Assembly: GCA_024698075.1 (NCBI GenBank)
Contig: JAILRP010000082.1
Coordinates: forward strand, 26,422 to 90,421
DNA: 64,000 bases
Source of the DNA: Lachnospiraceae bacterium
GTDB taxonomy: Bacteria > Bacillota > Clostridia > Lachnospirales > Lachnospiraceae
Direction: 5' to 3'
Shown in pieces: positions 27,633 to 37,254 of this stretch. The notes under the pieces are model-generated. The model was not told where the DNA came from and made no database searches. It saw only the letters and a list, made by a program, of their open reading frames with translations. The position numbers were made by a program, and so were the translations under genes. Positions within the stretch are counted from its first letter, which is position 1. Each line of letters starts with the position of its first letter.

Positions 27633-28604
27633 TCACTTTTTCATCCTGTTACGAAGCGCCCTCGCCACCCTTCTCGGAAGGTAGAGGATACGGTCTATCT
27701 TCTGGTGGAATCTGGCCTCGTCCTCATAATACTTTCCCTGGTATATCCTGTTGCGCCTGATGGCATCTATGGGCTCCTGTGAACAGATTTCTTTCAGAAA
27801 GTCAGCCACATATCCTTCTTCAAGGCATTTTCGTGCACTTGAATCCTCGCGCAGTATCGGTGCTTTTGCCATTTTCAGGTAAAGGCTGTCGTCGCCGTCG
27901 ACTTTCTTTATGAACTCCACCGCCTCGTCAAAACCGGCAAAATCATGACAGTTTATGAAGCTTTCTGGATTGAACTCCCCTGCGATGTCAGGGTTTCCCC
28001 AGTATATCGGGACAGATCCCGCCGCAAAGCTTTCCATGATCTTTTCGGTGGTATAGCCGCGTGAGCCGCTGTTCTCAAATGCAAGTGAGAATCTGTAACC
28101 CTTTGAAAAATCTATCTTGTCGGCAACAGGGCCCCCAACGTTGTTGTGATATCTTCCGCCCGATGCGAGTTCTTTATACTTCCCGAGCTTTTCGATCATG
28201 ATGCCCCTCTCGGGTGCGGAGATCGCATTGCTTATGACATAGCTTGCAAAGCCGCGGTCTGTAAGCTCTTCATCGCTCATGTACGGCTTTTTCAAAGCAA
28301 GCGTGCAGGCACGGGGATACAGCACATAGTGCGGAAGGCGCAGATACCTGTCATAAAAACTGATGTCGGGAAAGCCCATGCCGTAGTCGACGAGGTTGAA
28401 ATCCGGAGCTATGTTCTCACCCGTATAAAATATCCTCGCACAGTCATACTTAAGGTATTTCCTTCCGAAGATCGAGCAGAAAACAAAGTCGGGATCCTCT
28501 GATATTTCGACCTCGAAATTCTTTGAAAGCGCATCCGTTATGAAATTGTCATTGGGATCGAACACGTCCCAGAAATCCGAAAAAGCTATCTTTATCTTTT
28601 TCAT
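27633..28604 (-). CDS. Glycosyltransferase family 10 (alpha-1,3/4-fucosyltransferase-like)
   Basis: 323 aa. FYTGENIAPDFNLVDYGMGF and FSLAFENSGSRGYTTEKIMESFAAGSVPIYWGNP closely mirror the two conserved blocks of Helicobacter FutA/FutB-type GT10 enzymes. The ATG overlaps the sigH stop (ATGA). Confidence 0.85.
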   Translation of the reverse strand: MKKIKIAFSDFWDVFDPNDNFITDALSKNFEVEISEDPDFVFCSIFGRKYLKYDCARIFYTGENIAPDFNLVDYGMGFPDISFYDRYLRLPHYVLYPRACTLALKKPYMSDEELTDRGFASYVISNAISAPERGIMIEKLGKYKELASGGRYHNNVGGPVADKIDFSKGYRFSLAFENSGSRGYTTEKIMESFAAGSVPIYWGNPDIAGEFNPESFINCHDFAGFDEAVEFIKKVDGDDSLYLKMAKAPILREDSSARKCLEEGYVADFLKEICSQEPIDAIRRNRIYQGKYYEDEARFHQKIDRILYLPRRVARALRNRMKK

Positions 28605-29206
28605 TTTTCCAGTATCTTTCTGACCTTGACCTTTATCCTTGACAGCGCGTTGTCTGTCGATTTTTCATCCCGTCCGAGTATTTTTGCAATGGATGTATAT
28701 GCAAGTCCGGTAAGGCGCAGGTTCAGCACCTTCCGTTCAAAGTCGCTGAGGCTGTCATATATCTTCTGCTCAAGATCTTCGGCCTGCTCCTTATCTATCA
28801 CCATGTCTTCGGTGCTCATGCCGTCCTGGGAGAGGAGCATTTCCGGTATTCCCTCTCTGTCATCGGACTCGTCATCCTCGTAGATGGATATATAAGAGTT
28901 CAGGGGGGCATGCTTCTTGCGGTTGCCGGCTTCGACCGCCTTATACATCTGCCTCGAAACGCACAGGTCCGCAAACGTATAGAAGCTCGCATCCCTTCCC
29001 GCGTCATAGTCACGCACCGCTTTATAAAGGCCGATCATCCCTTCCTGGATAAGGTCTTCCTTGTCCGCGCCGAGTATGAACATGCTTCCGGCCTTTCGGC
29101 GCACGAGCTCCTTGTATTTTTCGATCAGATGGTCGATGACTTTTCCGTCACCGTCACGAAGGGCAATGATGAGTTCCTCATCGGTCATTGATTCGTAATT
29201 GGTCAT
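28601..29206 (-). CDS. sigH: RNA polymerase sigma factor SigH (sigma-30 type)
   Basis: 201 aa. DLIQEGMIGLYKAVRDYD (region 2) and a region-4 HTH. The conserved position after rlmB matches Bacillus. Confidence 0.88.
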   Translation of the reverse strand: MTNYESMTDEELIIALRDGDGKVIDHLIEKYKELVRRKAGSMFILGADKEDLIQEGMIGLYKAVRDYDAGRDASFYTFADLCVSRQMYKAVEAGNRKKHAPLNSYISIYEDDESDDREGIPEMLLSQDGMSTEDMVIDKEQAEDLEQKIYDSLSDFERKVLNLRLTGLAYTSIAKILGRDEKSTDNALSRIKVKVRKILEK

Positions 29207-29224
29207 ATCCCTTACCTGCCGGCA

Positions 29225-29974
29225 TCATTTTGCCTGAGAACGCCTCTGCCTTACGGCTTCGAACATGAGGATGCCTGCTGCTACCGAAGCGTTCAGTGAA
29301 TCGATGTCACCCTTCATCGGTATCGAGCAGACCATGTCACACTTTTCCTTAACGAGCCTGCTGACACCGCTGCCTTCCCCGCCTATGATAAGTCCTATGG
29401 GGCCGGTAAGGTTCAGGTCATACATGCAGTCTCCGTCCATGTCGGCGCAGGCAAACCATATCCCGCGCTTTTTGAGTTCCTCCATGGTACGCACGATGTT
29501 CGTGACTTTCGCCACGGGCGTATAGTTTATCGCTCCGGCACTGGCCGCGGCAACAACTGCGGTAAGTCCGACGGCGCGGTTCTTCGGTATGATCACCCCA
29601 TGTGCGCCCGCAAGATTTGCGCTTCTTATTATCGCGCCGAGGTTATGCGGATCCTCTATCCCGTCAAGAATGATGATGAACGGGTCCTCACCCTTATCTT
29701 CCGCCTTCTTAAGGATGTCATCGACATCAGCATACTCATACGCAGCGCATTTTGCTATGACACCCTGATGGTGGCCGGTGGTGCTCATCGAATCGAGCCT
29801 TTCCTTTTCGACGAACTTCACCTGGACATCAAGCTTTCTGGCTTCGCGCTTTATCGTTGATATTGGGCCGTCATTGCATCCGTCGAGTATGAACAGCCTG
29901 TCGATCGGTTTTTTTGCGCGGAGCGCCTCTATGACCGGATTACGGCCTTCTATGGTAAATTCTTCGTATCCCAT
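29225..29974 (-). CDS. rlmB: 23S rRNA (guanosine-2'-O)-methyltransferase, SpoU/TrmH family (RlmB/YacO)
   Basis: The start MGYEEFTIEGRNPV overlaps the mrnC stop (TAATG) and has the RBS GGAGAGG. The SpoU motifs are ILDGIEDPHNLGAIIRS and LIIGGEGSGVS. Confidence 0.88.
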   Translation of the reverse strand: MGYEEFTIEGRNPVIEALRAKKPIDRLFILDGCNDGPISTIKREARKLDVQVKFVEKERLDSMSTTGHHQGVIAKCAAYEYADVDDILKKAEDKGEDPFIIILDGIEDPHNLGAIIRSANLAGAHGVIIPKNRAVGLTAVVAAASAGAINYTPVAKVTNIVRTMEELKKRGIWFACADMDGDCMYDLNLTGPIGLIIGGEGSGVSRLVKEKCDMVCSIPMKGDIDSLNASVAAGILMFEAVRQRRSQAK

Positions 29975-30420
29975 TATATTTCCTCTCCGTTCTGCGCTCC
30001 TTCCCGGCAGCATATATGGATGAGCTCTATCACCCTTTCCATATCCCCCTTAAGGTACAGATAGCCTATGAGCGCCTCGAGTCCCGTGGCCTTCCGGTAG
30101 TCGCCTGTCGGAGCATTCTTGGCAGTCGTCCGCGGATTGGCATTCCTGCCGCGCCTGTATACCGCAAGCTCCTCTTCAGTCAGAAGCCCGCTTTCGGTCA
30201 GATAGTCTGCCGCCGCGGCCTGGCTCACCGCCTTGATGTACTTTACCGCTTTCTTGTCCAGCCTGTTCGCGGGACAGTTTCCGTCAAGGACCACGGCCGT
30301 CTTTACAACGGCCCCGTATATGCTGTCACCGATAAACGCGAGCGACAGCGGGGAATACTGTCCGGGGTCCCCACCTTCAGGACCGAATTTTTCTTTGATG
30401 GATGCTAACAGATCAGCCAT
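29974..30420 (-). CDS. mrnC: Mini-ribonuclease 3
   Basis: 148 aa. LSLAFIGDSIYGAVV is the RNase III-like catalytic motif. The conserved cysS-mrnC-rlmB order is present. Confidence 0.88.
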   Translation of the reverse strand: MADLLASIKEKFGPEGGDPGQYSPLSLAFIGDSIYGAVVKTAVVLDGNCPANRLDKKAVKYIKAVSQAAAADYLTESGLLTEEELAVYRRGRNANPRTTAKNAPTGDYRKATGLEALIGYLYLKGDMERVIELIHICCREGAQNGEEI

Positions 30421-30472
30421 TGCCTAAAGCCTGTCATTTACCTGCCAAACACTGCCTTTCGGTCAATGTATT

Positions 30473-31888
30473 TCATGACAGATGCCACTTGACCCCTTCC
30501 CTTGTGTCTTCAAGGACCACTCCCTCTGCAAGGAGTGCGGCCCTTATCTCGTCCGCGAGAGCAAAGTTCTTCTCCTTCTTGGCAGCCGCACGCTCCGCGA
30601 TCTTCTCCTCCACATGAGCTGCGAACTCGGGAGATACGGCATTGTCATCTTCTTTTTCCTCTGAACCGGCCTCAAGCAGCTTAAGCCCGAGCACATAGTC
30701 AAAATCATCTATGACCGCGCGCTTCGTCGCCCCGTTAAGATCGCTCTTTAACACATCATAAACAAGCGTCAGTCCCATAGCGGTATTTACGTCGTTTCCG
30801 ACTGTCTCGGCAAACCTGCCGTGCCATTCCGTCTTTGCCGCCTCATCTACGCTTCCGTCTTCGGGTATCGAAGCGATCCTGTTCTTCAGCTTTTTATAGG
30901 TTGCGGCAGCCTGGTCGAGCGCATCGTATGTAAATACGAGCGGTTTCCTGTAGTGGCTCTGCAGCGTGAACAGGCGGTATGCGAGCGGATCGTAACCCTT
31001 CTCCTCGAGAAGCGATACGGTCAGGAACTCACCCTTTGACTTGCTCATCTTGCCCGTCTCATCATTCAGATGGTGAACATGGAACCAGTAGTTGCACCAC
31101 TTATGCCCGATGTACGATTCGGACTGTGCTATCTCGTTCGTATGGTGTGGGAATATATTGTCCACGCCTCCGCAGTGGATGTCCATGTATTCGCCGAGAT
31201 GCTTCATGCTTATGCACGAACACTCAATGTGCCATCCCGGATAGCCGACGCCCCAGGGGCTGTCCCATTTCAGTGCCTGGTCTTCGAATTTCGACTGTGT
31301 GAACCAGAGGACAAAATCATTTTTGTTCCGCTTGTTGGCATCCTCCGTTACATCATCCCTGACGCCGACCATTAGCTCTTTTTCATCCTGGCTTCCGAAT
31401 ACGAAATAATCGTCGAGCTTTGATGTGTCAAAATAAACGTTCGGCCCCGCTTTATACGCATAGCCCTTCTCAAGGAGCACTTCGATCATGTGTATGAACT
31501 CGGGGATGCAGTTTGTCGCGGGCTCGACCACATCCGGCGTCTTTATGTTAAGCTTGGCGCAGTCAGCAAAGAAAGCATCCGTATAAAACTTTGCGATCTC
31601 CATAACGGTCTTGTGCTCACGCTTTGCGCCCTTCAGCATCTTGTCCTCACCGGTATCCGCATCGGATGAAAGATGTCCGACATCTGTGATGTTCATGACA
31701 CGCTTGACGTCATAGCCCGAAAACCTCAGCAGTTTTTCAAGAACATCCTCCATAAGGTAGCTCCTCAGGTTTCCGATATGCGCGAAATGGTAAACGGTAG
31801 GCCCGCATGTGTACATGCTGACCTTTCCCGGAGTGTTCGGGACAAAATCCTCAACTCTTTTAGTAAGTGAATTGTAAAGCTTCATCAT
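30473..31888 (-). CDS. cysS: Cysteine--tRNA ligase
   Basis: 471 aa with the HIGN motif ([12 protein letters not shown]), the zinc-site context, and KMSKS (GKMSKSKG). Confidence 0.96.
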   Translation of the reverse strand: MMKLYNSLTKRVEDFVPNTPGKVSMYTCGPTVYHFAHIGNLRSYLMEDVLEKLLRFSGYDVKRVMNITDVGHLSSDADTGEDKMLKGAKREHKTVMEIAKFYTDAFFADCAKLNIKTPDVVEPATNCIPEFIHMIEVLLEKGYAYKAGPNVYFDTSKLDDYFVFGSQDEKELMVGVRDDVTEDANKRNKNDFVLWFTQSKFEDQALKWDSPWGVGYPGWHIECSCISMKHLGEYMDIHCGGVDNIFPHHTNEIAQSESYIGHKWCNYWFHVHHLNDETGKMSKSKGEFLTVSLLEEKGYDPLAYRLFTLQSHYRKPLVFTYDALDQAAATYKKLKNRIASIPEDGSVDEAAKTEWHGRFAETVGNDVNTAMGLTLVYDVLKSDLNGATKRAVIDDFDYVLGLKLLEAGSEEKEDDNAVSPEFAAHVEEKIAERAAAKKEKNFALADEIRAALLAEGVVLEDTREGVKWHLS

Positions 31889-31900
31889 GGTTCTCCTTGA

Positions 31901-32650
31901 TTATTTCCTGTCCTTGTTCTTTTTCTCTTTGGACTTATTCATTTTATCCTTGGTCTTTTTTTCTATGTTCTTCTTATCTTTTGTCTTTTTTTCTCTTTTT
32001 TTCTTACCGGCGTTCTTTTCAGGTTTTTTGTTTCTTTTTGCATCGCCGCTTACGATTCCTGCGCCGCCGTCAGGCGAAATCCCCACGCAGCCGCTGCAGC
32101 TGCCGCACATTCCGCGAAAGCTGACGCTTCCGTCCGATGATGCATCTGCAAGGAGGACGCTGTCAGAACACAGATCATCGGCACTGCTAAGCAGGCATAT
32201 TGCCTGTGCGCTCATCCCCTCTCCGCTTCCTGTAAAGCCGAGTCCCTCTTCGGTCGTGGCCTTGACATTAACCCTTGAGGCCTCTATGCCGAGAGTCTTT
32301 GCGATGTTTTCATTCATCGCGTCTATATACGGCCGCATCTTGGGTTTTTCGGCTATTATGGTGGCATCGATGTTTTCAATTATCCACCCGTTTTCAATAA
32401 GCAGCTGTCCTGTTTGTTCAAGAAGCTTAAGCGATGATATTCCCCTGTATCTTTCGTCGGTATCCGGAAAATGCTTTCCGATGTCCCCTAGTGATGCCGC
32501 ACCGAGGAGCGCATCCATAATAGCGTGAAGCAGGACATCCGCATCCGAATGTCCCAGAAGCCCACGGTCATAAGGTATCTCTACACCGCCGATGATAAGC
32601 TTTCTGCCCTCTGCCATGCGGTGAACATCATATCCCATTCCTATACGCAT
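31901..32650 (-). CDS. ispF: 2-C-methyl-D-erythritol 2,4-cyclodiphosphate synthase with a ~94-aa C-terminal extension (Cys motif plus poly-Lys tail)
   Basis: Residues 1 to about 155 are canonical IspF ([12 protein letters not shown]...[12 protein letters not shown]...). The ORF then continues in frame: ...[19 protein letters not shown]...[45 protein letters not shown]. Confidence 0.85.
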   Translation of the reverse strand: MRIGMGYDVHRMAEGRKLIIGGVEIPYDRGLLGHSDADVLLHAIMDALLGAASLGDIGKHFPDTDERYRGISSLKLLEQTGQLLIENGWIIENIDATIIAEKPKMRPYIDAMNENIAKTLGIEASRVNVKATTEEGLGFTGSGEGMSAQAICLLSSADDLCSDSVLLADASSDGSVSFRGMCGSCSGCVGISPDGGAGIVSGDAKRNKKPEKNAGKKKREKKTKDKKNIEKKTKDKMNKSKEKKNKDRK

Positions 32651-32679
32651 ATCAAAGCCTTTCAGACCGTTCGGTCTAT

Positions 32680-33423
32680 TCAGTCATCTGCCGCAACTTC
32701 GATGCCCGGATCAAATCCCGGCATGAGTTTGAGCTTAAACGCATTTGCCCTGTGTTTCCTGTCGATGAGTTCCTTGGTTTCGGGATCGTCGATCTCGCCC
32801 GTCCTTATATATCTGTCAAGCACCGCATAGGTAAAGCCCAGATTGTCCTCATCGGTAAGGCCGCACAGCCCGTCGCTCGGTGTCTTCTCAATGAGCGCTT
32901 CGGGAAGTCCGAGCACTCTTCCTATCGCCTTGACCTCCTGGACCGTCAGGTGCGACAGCGGGCTGAAGTCACCGACCGAATCACCGTATCTTGTTGAATA
33001 ACCAACCCAGTCCTCGGAAAGATTGCAGGTATTTACGACCCTGCCGTTCATGCTCTGTGACACGGCATAGACGGTAGCCATCCTGATCCTAGGCGGAAGA
33101 TTGATGACACTCTGTTTCGACAGTTCAAACGGCACAGCCGATTTTACGGCTTCAATGGCCGCACCGACATTTACCGTATAATTCCTGATCCCGAGATGCT
33201 CGCACAGAAGGTGGGACATATCTATATCCGCCTGCTCACCTGCAGGCATCAGAACACCTATCACCCTGTCTTTCCCAAGAGCCTTTACACAGACCGCAGC
33301 AGCGACCGAGGAATCCTTGCCCCCCGATATTCCGAGCACCGCATTGCAGCCCTTTCCGTTCTCTTCGAAAAAATCACGTATCCACTGTGCACACTGTTCG
33401 GCCGTCTTTTCAGCATCAAACAT
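32680..33423 (-). CDS. nadE: Ammonia-dependent NAD+ synthetase
   Basis: 247 aa with the PP-loop [13 protein letters not shown] and NadE-like sequence throughout. Confidence 0.9.
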   Translation of the reverse strand: MFDAEKTAEQCAQWIRDFFEENGKGCNAVLGISGGKDSSVAAAVCVKALGKDRVIGVLMPAGEQADIDMSHLLCEHLGIRNYTVNVGAAIEAVKSAVPFELSKQSVINLPPRIRMATVYAVSQSMNGRVVNTCNLSEDWVGYSTRYGDSVGDFSPLSHLTVQEVKAIGRVLGLPEALIEKTPSDGLCGLTDEDNLGFTYAVLDRYIRTGEIDDPETKELIDRKHRANAFKLKLMPGFDPGIEVAADD

Positions 33424-33472
33424 ATCCTGTTCCCTTCCCTTTCACATGATCAGACTGCTCATTTCATATAGA

Positions 33473-34135
33473 TCACTTCTTAAGCTGCCTGACCTCGTCC
33501 TCGAGTATCAGAAGCCTTCTTGTGAGCTCGGTATTTTCTTTTTTGAGGACGCTGATGTCCTCGGACACCGGATCCGGCAGATCCGTCTGGTCGAGAGTCT
33601 CGCGCGGTATCGACACCTTATCCCTGTTGACCACGTGTCCCGGAACACCGACCACCGTTGAGTTCGGCGGCACCTCTTCGAGAACGACAGAGCCCGCTCC
33701 GACTTTTGAATTGGCACCTATCGTAAACGAGCCGAGAACCTTCGCTCCTGCGCTTATCATGACATTGTCGCACACGGTGGGATGCCTCTTGCCCGATTCC
33801 TTTCCGGTTCCGCCCAAGGTGACTCCCTGATAGAGCGTTACATTATCGCCTATCTCCGCAGTCTCACCTATCACGACACCGTTTCCGTGATCGATGAAAA
33901 ATCCTTTTCCTATCTTTGCTCCGGGATGTATCTCGATCCCGGTGCGCCTTGCCGCACGCTGCGATATAAGCCTCGCAAGGAAATAATGCTTTTTCATGTA
34001 AAGCTTATGTGCCATGCGGTAGCTCAGCATCACCTTGAAAGAAGGGTAAAGTATCACCTCAAGTGAAGAATGGATTGCCGGATCCCTCTCCCTTATGACA
34101 CTTATCTCTTCTCTTATCTTACTTATCAGTCCCAT
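33473..34135 (-). CDS. cysE: Serine O-acetyltransferase
   Basis: 220 aa. The N-terminal SAT helix region (IRERDPA) is followed by hexapeptide repeats [44 protein letters not shown]. The C-terminal ~45 aa look like a charged coiled coil. Confidence 0.9.
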   Translation of the reverse strand: MGLISKIREEISVIRERDPAIHSSLEVILYPSFKVMLSYRMAHKLYMKKHYFLARLISQRAARRTGIEIHPGAKIGKGFFIDHGNGVVIGETAEIGDNVTLYQGVTLGGTGKESGKRHPTVCDNVMISAGAKVLGSFTIGANSKVGAGSVVLEEVPPNSTVVGVPGHVVNRDKVSIPRETLDQTDLPDPVSEDISVLKKENTELTRRLLILEDEVRQLKK

Positions 34136-34176
34136 TACATCTCCCGGCGGCTCCTGTCATTATCCGCCTGACTACA

Positions 34177-34206
34177 TATATACGTTCTTAATGCCGCTCA
34201 TGTCAA
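34177..34206 (-). promoter_or_regulatory. Candidate sigma-A promoter for cysE-nadE-ispF-cysS...
   Basis: On the minus strand, TTGACA (34206-34201), an 18-nt spacer, then TATATA (34182-34177), about 40 nt upstream of the cysE ATG. Confidence 0.5.
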
Positions 34207-34263
34207 GAAGAAGCGGCATGCATACGATTTTGCCGGGTACGCTGCATCATGCCGACCGGTCAT

Positions 34264-35964
34264 TCAGTCCATGCCGTAAACATGTATCACATACGGCATA
34301 CCGTCCCCGTATACCCCAAGCAGCCTGAATCCAAGCGTTTCAGCATTTGTCACCTTCACGGTGGAGAAAACATATTTTCCCCCCATTTCCCTGAAGGCAA
34401 CGGGGTCTATCAGCATTTCGGATTCTTCTCCGTCTATGTTAAAGAGCTGTTTGCTTTCAGTATCCTTTGAAAAAATGTATGCTTTTCCGCCCCAGTTGTC
34501 GAAATAGTCCCTGTTTTCAGGATCCTGCTCAAGTTCGGGAGCGATAAGCTTTCGGAACCTGTCCTTGTACCCTATCGGATAGATCGGGAAATAGCCGTCA
34601 AGCGTTGCTATGTCATTGTATATGAGTATCCCGGGATGCATTCCGTATGCGACGGACCACTCACCGTTATACCCGATGTCTTCCTTGATGGCGCCAAACA
34701 GGGCAGGAGAATAGAATTTTCCGTAAGTCATCATATCCGTCTCTTCTCCCGCGATCCGGTCCGCTGCGATCCCGGCATTATAGTATATGTGATTGTGCGG
34801 AGATTTCCAGGTGCATACGGAAATGAAAGCCGCAAGGCACAGCAGGATCTTTACGCCGCTTTTCCATGACAGGCGGATAAGGACCATCATGAACATGAAG
34901 CACCATATGAACGGCGAAAACCATACCGTCCTGTTGAGAGCCATTCCCTTGAGCGGAGGAAAGACAGTCCCTATCAGGTTCTTGAACCATCTGACGTTCT
35001 CAAGTGCGTAGACCATGCAATTGAATGCCTGCCAGAGCATCAGCCAGTTGAACGGATCGGAGGAAATGCCTTTATATTCTTTTCTTAAGATATATCTTCC
35101 GTTTATGAACAGGAAATATGCGGCGCATACCGGAAGCAGGAAATAAGTCTGCGCGGAAGGCAGATGTTTTACAAAAACACTTCCGAACAGTTTCAGTGCC
35201 TGCAGAGTGGTCGCGTATCCATCCGCAAACGTTGAACGGATCGTCTCCTCGCCGGAGGCAAACATGACATAAAAAAGGCGCCAGTCAGCGATCACATAAC
35301 CGGCCGATACCGCGGCAAGTGCGGCAAGAATGCGCCACGCCGGCTTTCTGCGGGCAATAAAGTCAATGATGAAGAAAAGCAGGATGAACCCGCATATGAA
35401 CAGTCCGAACACCGAAAAATACGAGAGCATCGGATAGAGAACGAGAACGGGTATGTAACGGACATCCCATTTCCTGTAAAGCCTTATCATGACTGCCATC
35501 AGGATCGGGAGCGATGCGAAGCCGAAAGGCGTGGTCGGATATGTCGGCATGATGCCGTATATAAATCCGCAGGCGGCAAAAAGATTTGCGTCACATTCCC
35601 TTCCATAGACCGTTCTCCCAAGGAAAACGAATCCGGCGGCCGCCATGGCTATCTTTAAATACCAGGCGGTGATGACAGCCGCAAGTGTCGGGAACGCCAT
35701 ATGCAGAAGCGGATACGGATTAAGGTCCGAAACGAGATAGTTCCTGTCAAGCCCGCCGAGCATCGGGGCACGTGTCCCGAACGACCAGAAAAGACGTGAG
35801 TCCTTCATCATCTTATAGATAGCTATGTTCGAGTCGAGATTGTCATGTATCTGAAGATAGATCCCGTCCCCGGCGGTCACGATATAAACAAGCGTAACCG
35901 CAAAAAAAGCAAGCAGAAAAACTGCCGCCCAGTTATCCGCCGCTTTTTTCAGGATGGCCTTCAT
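34264..35964 (-). CDS. Large polytopic membrane protein with a C-terminal soluble domain (DUF6044-like); possible GT-C-type glycan transferase
   Basis: 566 aa with more than 10 hydrophobic segments followed by a ~190-aa hydrophilic tail. It is the last gene of the glycan operon. The family assignment is from memory only. Confidence 0.6.
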   Translation of the reverse strand: MKAILKKAADNWAAVFLLAFFAVTLVYIVTAGDGIYLQIHDNLDSNIAIYKMMKDSRLFWSFGTRAPMLGGLDRNYLVSDLNPYPLLHMAFPTLAAVITAWYLKIAMAAAGFVFLGRTVYGRECDANLFAACGFIYGIMPTYPTTPFGFASLPILMAVMIRLYRKWDVRYIPVLVLYPMLSYFSVFGLFICGFILLFFIIDFIARRKPAWRILAALAAVSAGYVIADWRLFYVMFASGEETIRSTFADGYATTLQALKLFGSVFVKHLPSAQTYFLLPVCAAYFLFINGRYILRKEYKGISSDPFNWLMLWQAFNCMVYALENVRWFKNLIGTVFPPLKGMALNRTVWFSPFIWCFMFMMVLIRLSWKSGVKILLCLAAFISVCTWKSPHNHIYYNAGIAADRIAGEETDMMTYGKFYSPALFGAIKEDIGYNGEWSVAYGMHPGILIYNDIATLDGYFPIYPIGYKDRFRKLIAPELEQDPENRDYFDNWGGKAYIFSKDTESKQLFNIDGEESEMLIDPVAFREMGGKYVFSTVKVTNAETLGFRLLGVYGDGMPYVIHVYGMD

Positions 35965-36527
35965 TTATCTTCCACCTTTTTCCCAAAGGATGAGCCTCCG
36001 GGTCCCTCCGTCATATTCCTTGGGCCTATCTGCCTTGCCGGATTGCCTGCCCATACCGTATAAGGCGGGATATCTTTTGTGACAACGCTTCCCGCGCCTA
36101 TCACGGCGCCCTCGCCGACGGTGACATCCTGAAGGATCACGGCACCCTCGCCAATCCAGGCGTAGTCTCCTATCACGATCTGTCCGCTCGTATCGGGAAG
36201 AGAATACTCGCTGTAATCATGTCCTGCGGATAATAATCTTACATTCGGCGCAAAAACGACATGATCACCGATGATGATGTCCCGCTTCCTGCCGGAACTC
36301 ATTGATGCCGCAAAGAAGCAGCCCCTGTTAATGGATACGTAAGAACCGATCTCGATCTTATGGGGATACCTGAAATATGTCTTGTAATCTATGAGACGGA
36401 CGCCCTTTCCCAGCTTTCCGAAAAGCGGACGCAGAAGAAGCGCCCTCATCCGGAGCGGAAAGAGCTCGAGAAGCATATAATACAGGTTAAAGATCCATGT
36501 ATATATGTTGAACAGTTCCATTTTCAC
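35961..36527 (-). CDS. Hexapeptide-repeat (LbH) O-acetyltransferase
   Basis: 188 aa. IGDHVVFAPNVRLL...IGDYAWIGEGAVILQDVTVGEGAVIGAGSVVTKDIPPYTVWAGNPA. Confidence 0.82.
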   Translation of the reverse strand: MKMELFNIYTWIFNLYYMLLELFPLRMRALLLRPLFGKLGKGVRLIDYKTYFRYPHKIEIGSYVSINRGCFFAASMSSGRKRDIIIGDHVVFAPNVRLLSAGHDYSEYSLPDTSGQIVIGDYAWIGEGAVILQDVTVGEGAVIGAGSVVTKDIPPYTVWAGNPARQIGPRNMTEGPGGSSFGKKVEDK

Positions 36528-36528
36528 T

Positions 36529-37254
36529 TTACAGGCGTCCCTCCGGTCTCTTGATGCATTTCCTGTATATGGCCTCTATGAGCCTGCCTCTCATTTCCGG
36601 GTCCGATTCGCAGCGCTCTGCCTCACGCTCTGCCGATGCGCGGTCATAATCCACAATGTGAAACGTAAGCTCACCCGTTTCGGTATCAAATATTATGTAT
36701 GATATACCTTTTCCGTCCCTCTGCTGGCCTATGGAGCCGGGATTTACGATAAAGCAGCCGCCGGCACGCTTTACCATCTTGTGGTGCGTATGTCCGCAGA
36801 ACACGTAATCGATGCCCTCGTATTTGCTCTCATCCTCTATGACGGCATCAGGATATATGCGCCCGTCAAGGGGATCTTCAATGCTTCCGTGGACAAACAC
36901 CATCCGCATCCGGCCGGACCTGAGCTCATACCTGCTCTCAAGGCTTCGCAGAAAATCGATATTCTCCGGTGATATAGCATGAAAATCCCTGTACGAATCC
37001 CCATATTTTTTTATCAGCTCCGATGCATCCCTCTTTCTGTCGATGACATCGAGCATCATCCTGTCATGGTTCCCGAGAAGGCATACATCAGCCCTTTCCC
37101 TGATAAGGCTTATGACGCTGTCCGCTCCGAAATAATAACCGAACGAGTCTCCGCCGTATATCATAAGGTCATGCGGCGTATCCTCCGATTTTTTCAGAAA
37201 AGCCCTGACCGCATGTTCGTTACCGTGCGCATCGGAAAAAAACAGTATCCTCAT
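36529..37254 (-). CDS. Metallophosphoesterase (YfcE/MJ0936-like)
   Basis: 241 aa. The motifs are SDAHGN, GDSFGYY, GNHD, FVHGS and CGHTH. Confidence 0.82.
   Translation of the reverse strand: MRILFFSDAHGNEHAVRAFLKKSEDTPHDLMIYGGDSFGYYFGADSVISLIRERADVCLLGNHDRMMLDVIDRKRDASELIKKYGDSYRDFHAISPENIDFLRSLESRYELRSGRMRMVFVHGSIEDPLDGRIYPDAVIEDESKYEGIDYVFCGHTHHKMVKRAGGCFIVNPGSIGQQRDGKGISYIIFDTETGELTFHIVDYDRASAEREAERCESDPEMRGRLIEAIYRKCIKRPEGRL

Noticed and set aside
31867-32124. A T-rich, internally repetitive stretch (tttttct / ttcttat units), first considered as a tandem repeat, CRISPR-like or phase-variable region. It also holds the plus-strand ORFs 31867-32124 and 31887-32528.
   Set aside because: It is the antisense of the in-frame poly-Lys tail of ispF. 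The repeats are short, imperfect and explained by AAA/AAG codon runs. There is no repeat-spacer periodicity. I report it as a protein-level oddity instead.
34136-34263. A possible T-box or other riboswitch leader ahead of cysE, as in the Bacillus cysE-cysS operon, and ahead of cysS, purO and guaB.
   Set aside because: The leaders are too short (about 40 nt after the putative promoter for cysE, 12 nt before cysS, ATGA overlap before purO, about 44 nt before guaB). No T-box specifier or antiterminator sequence is visible.
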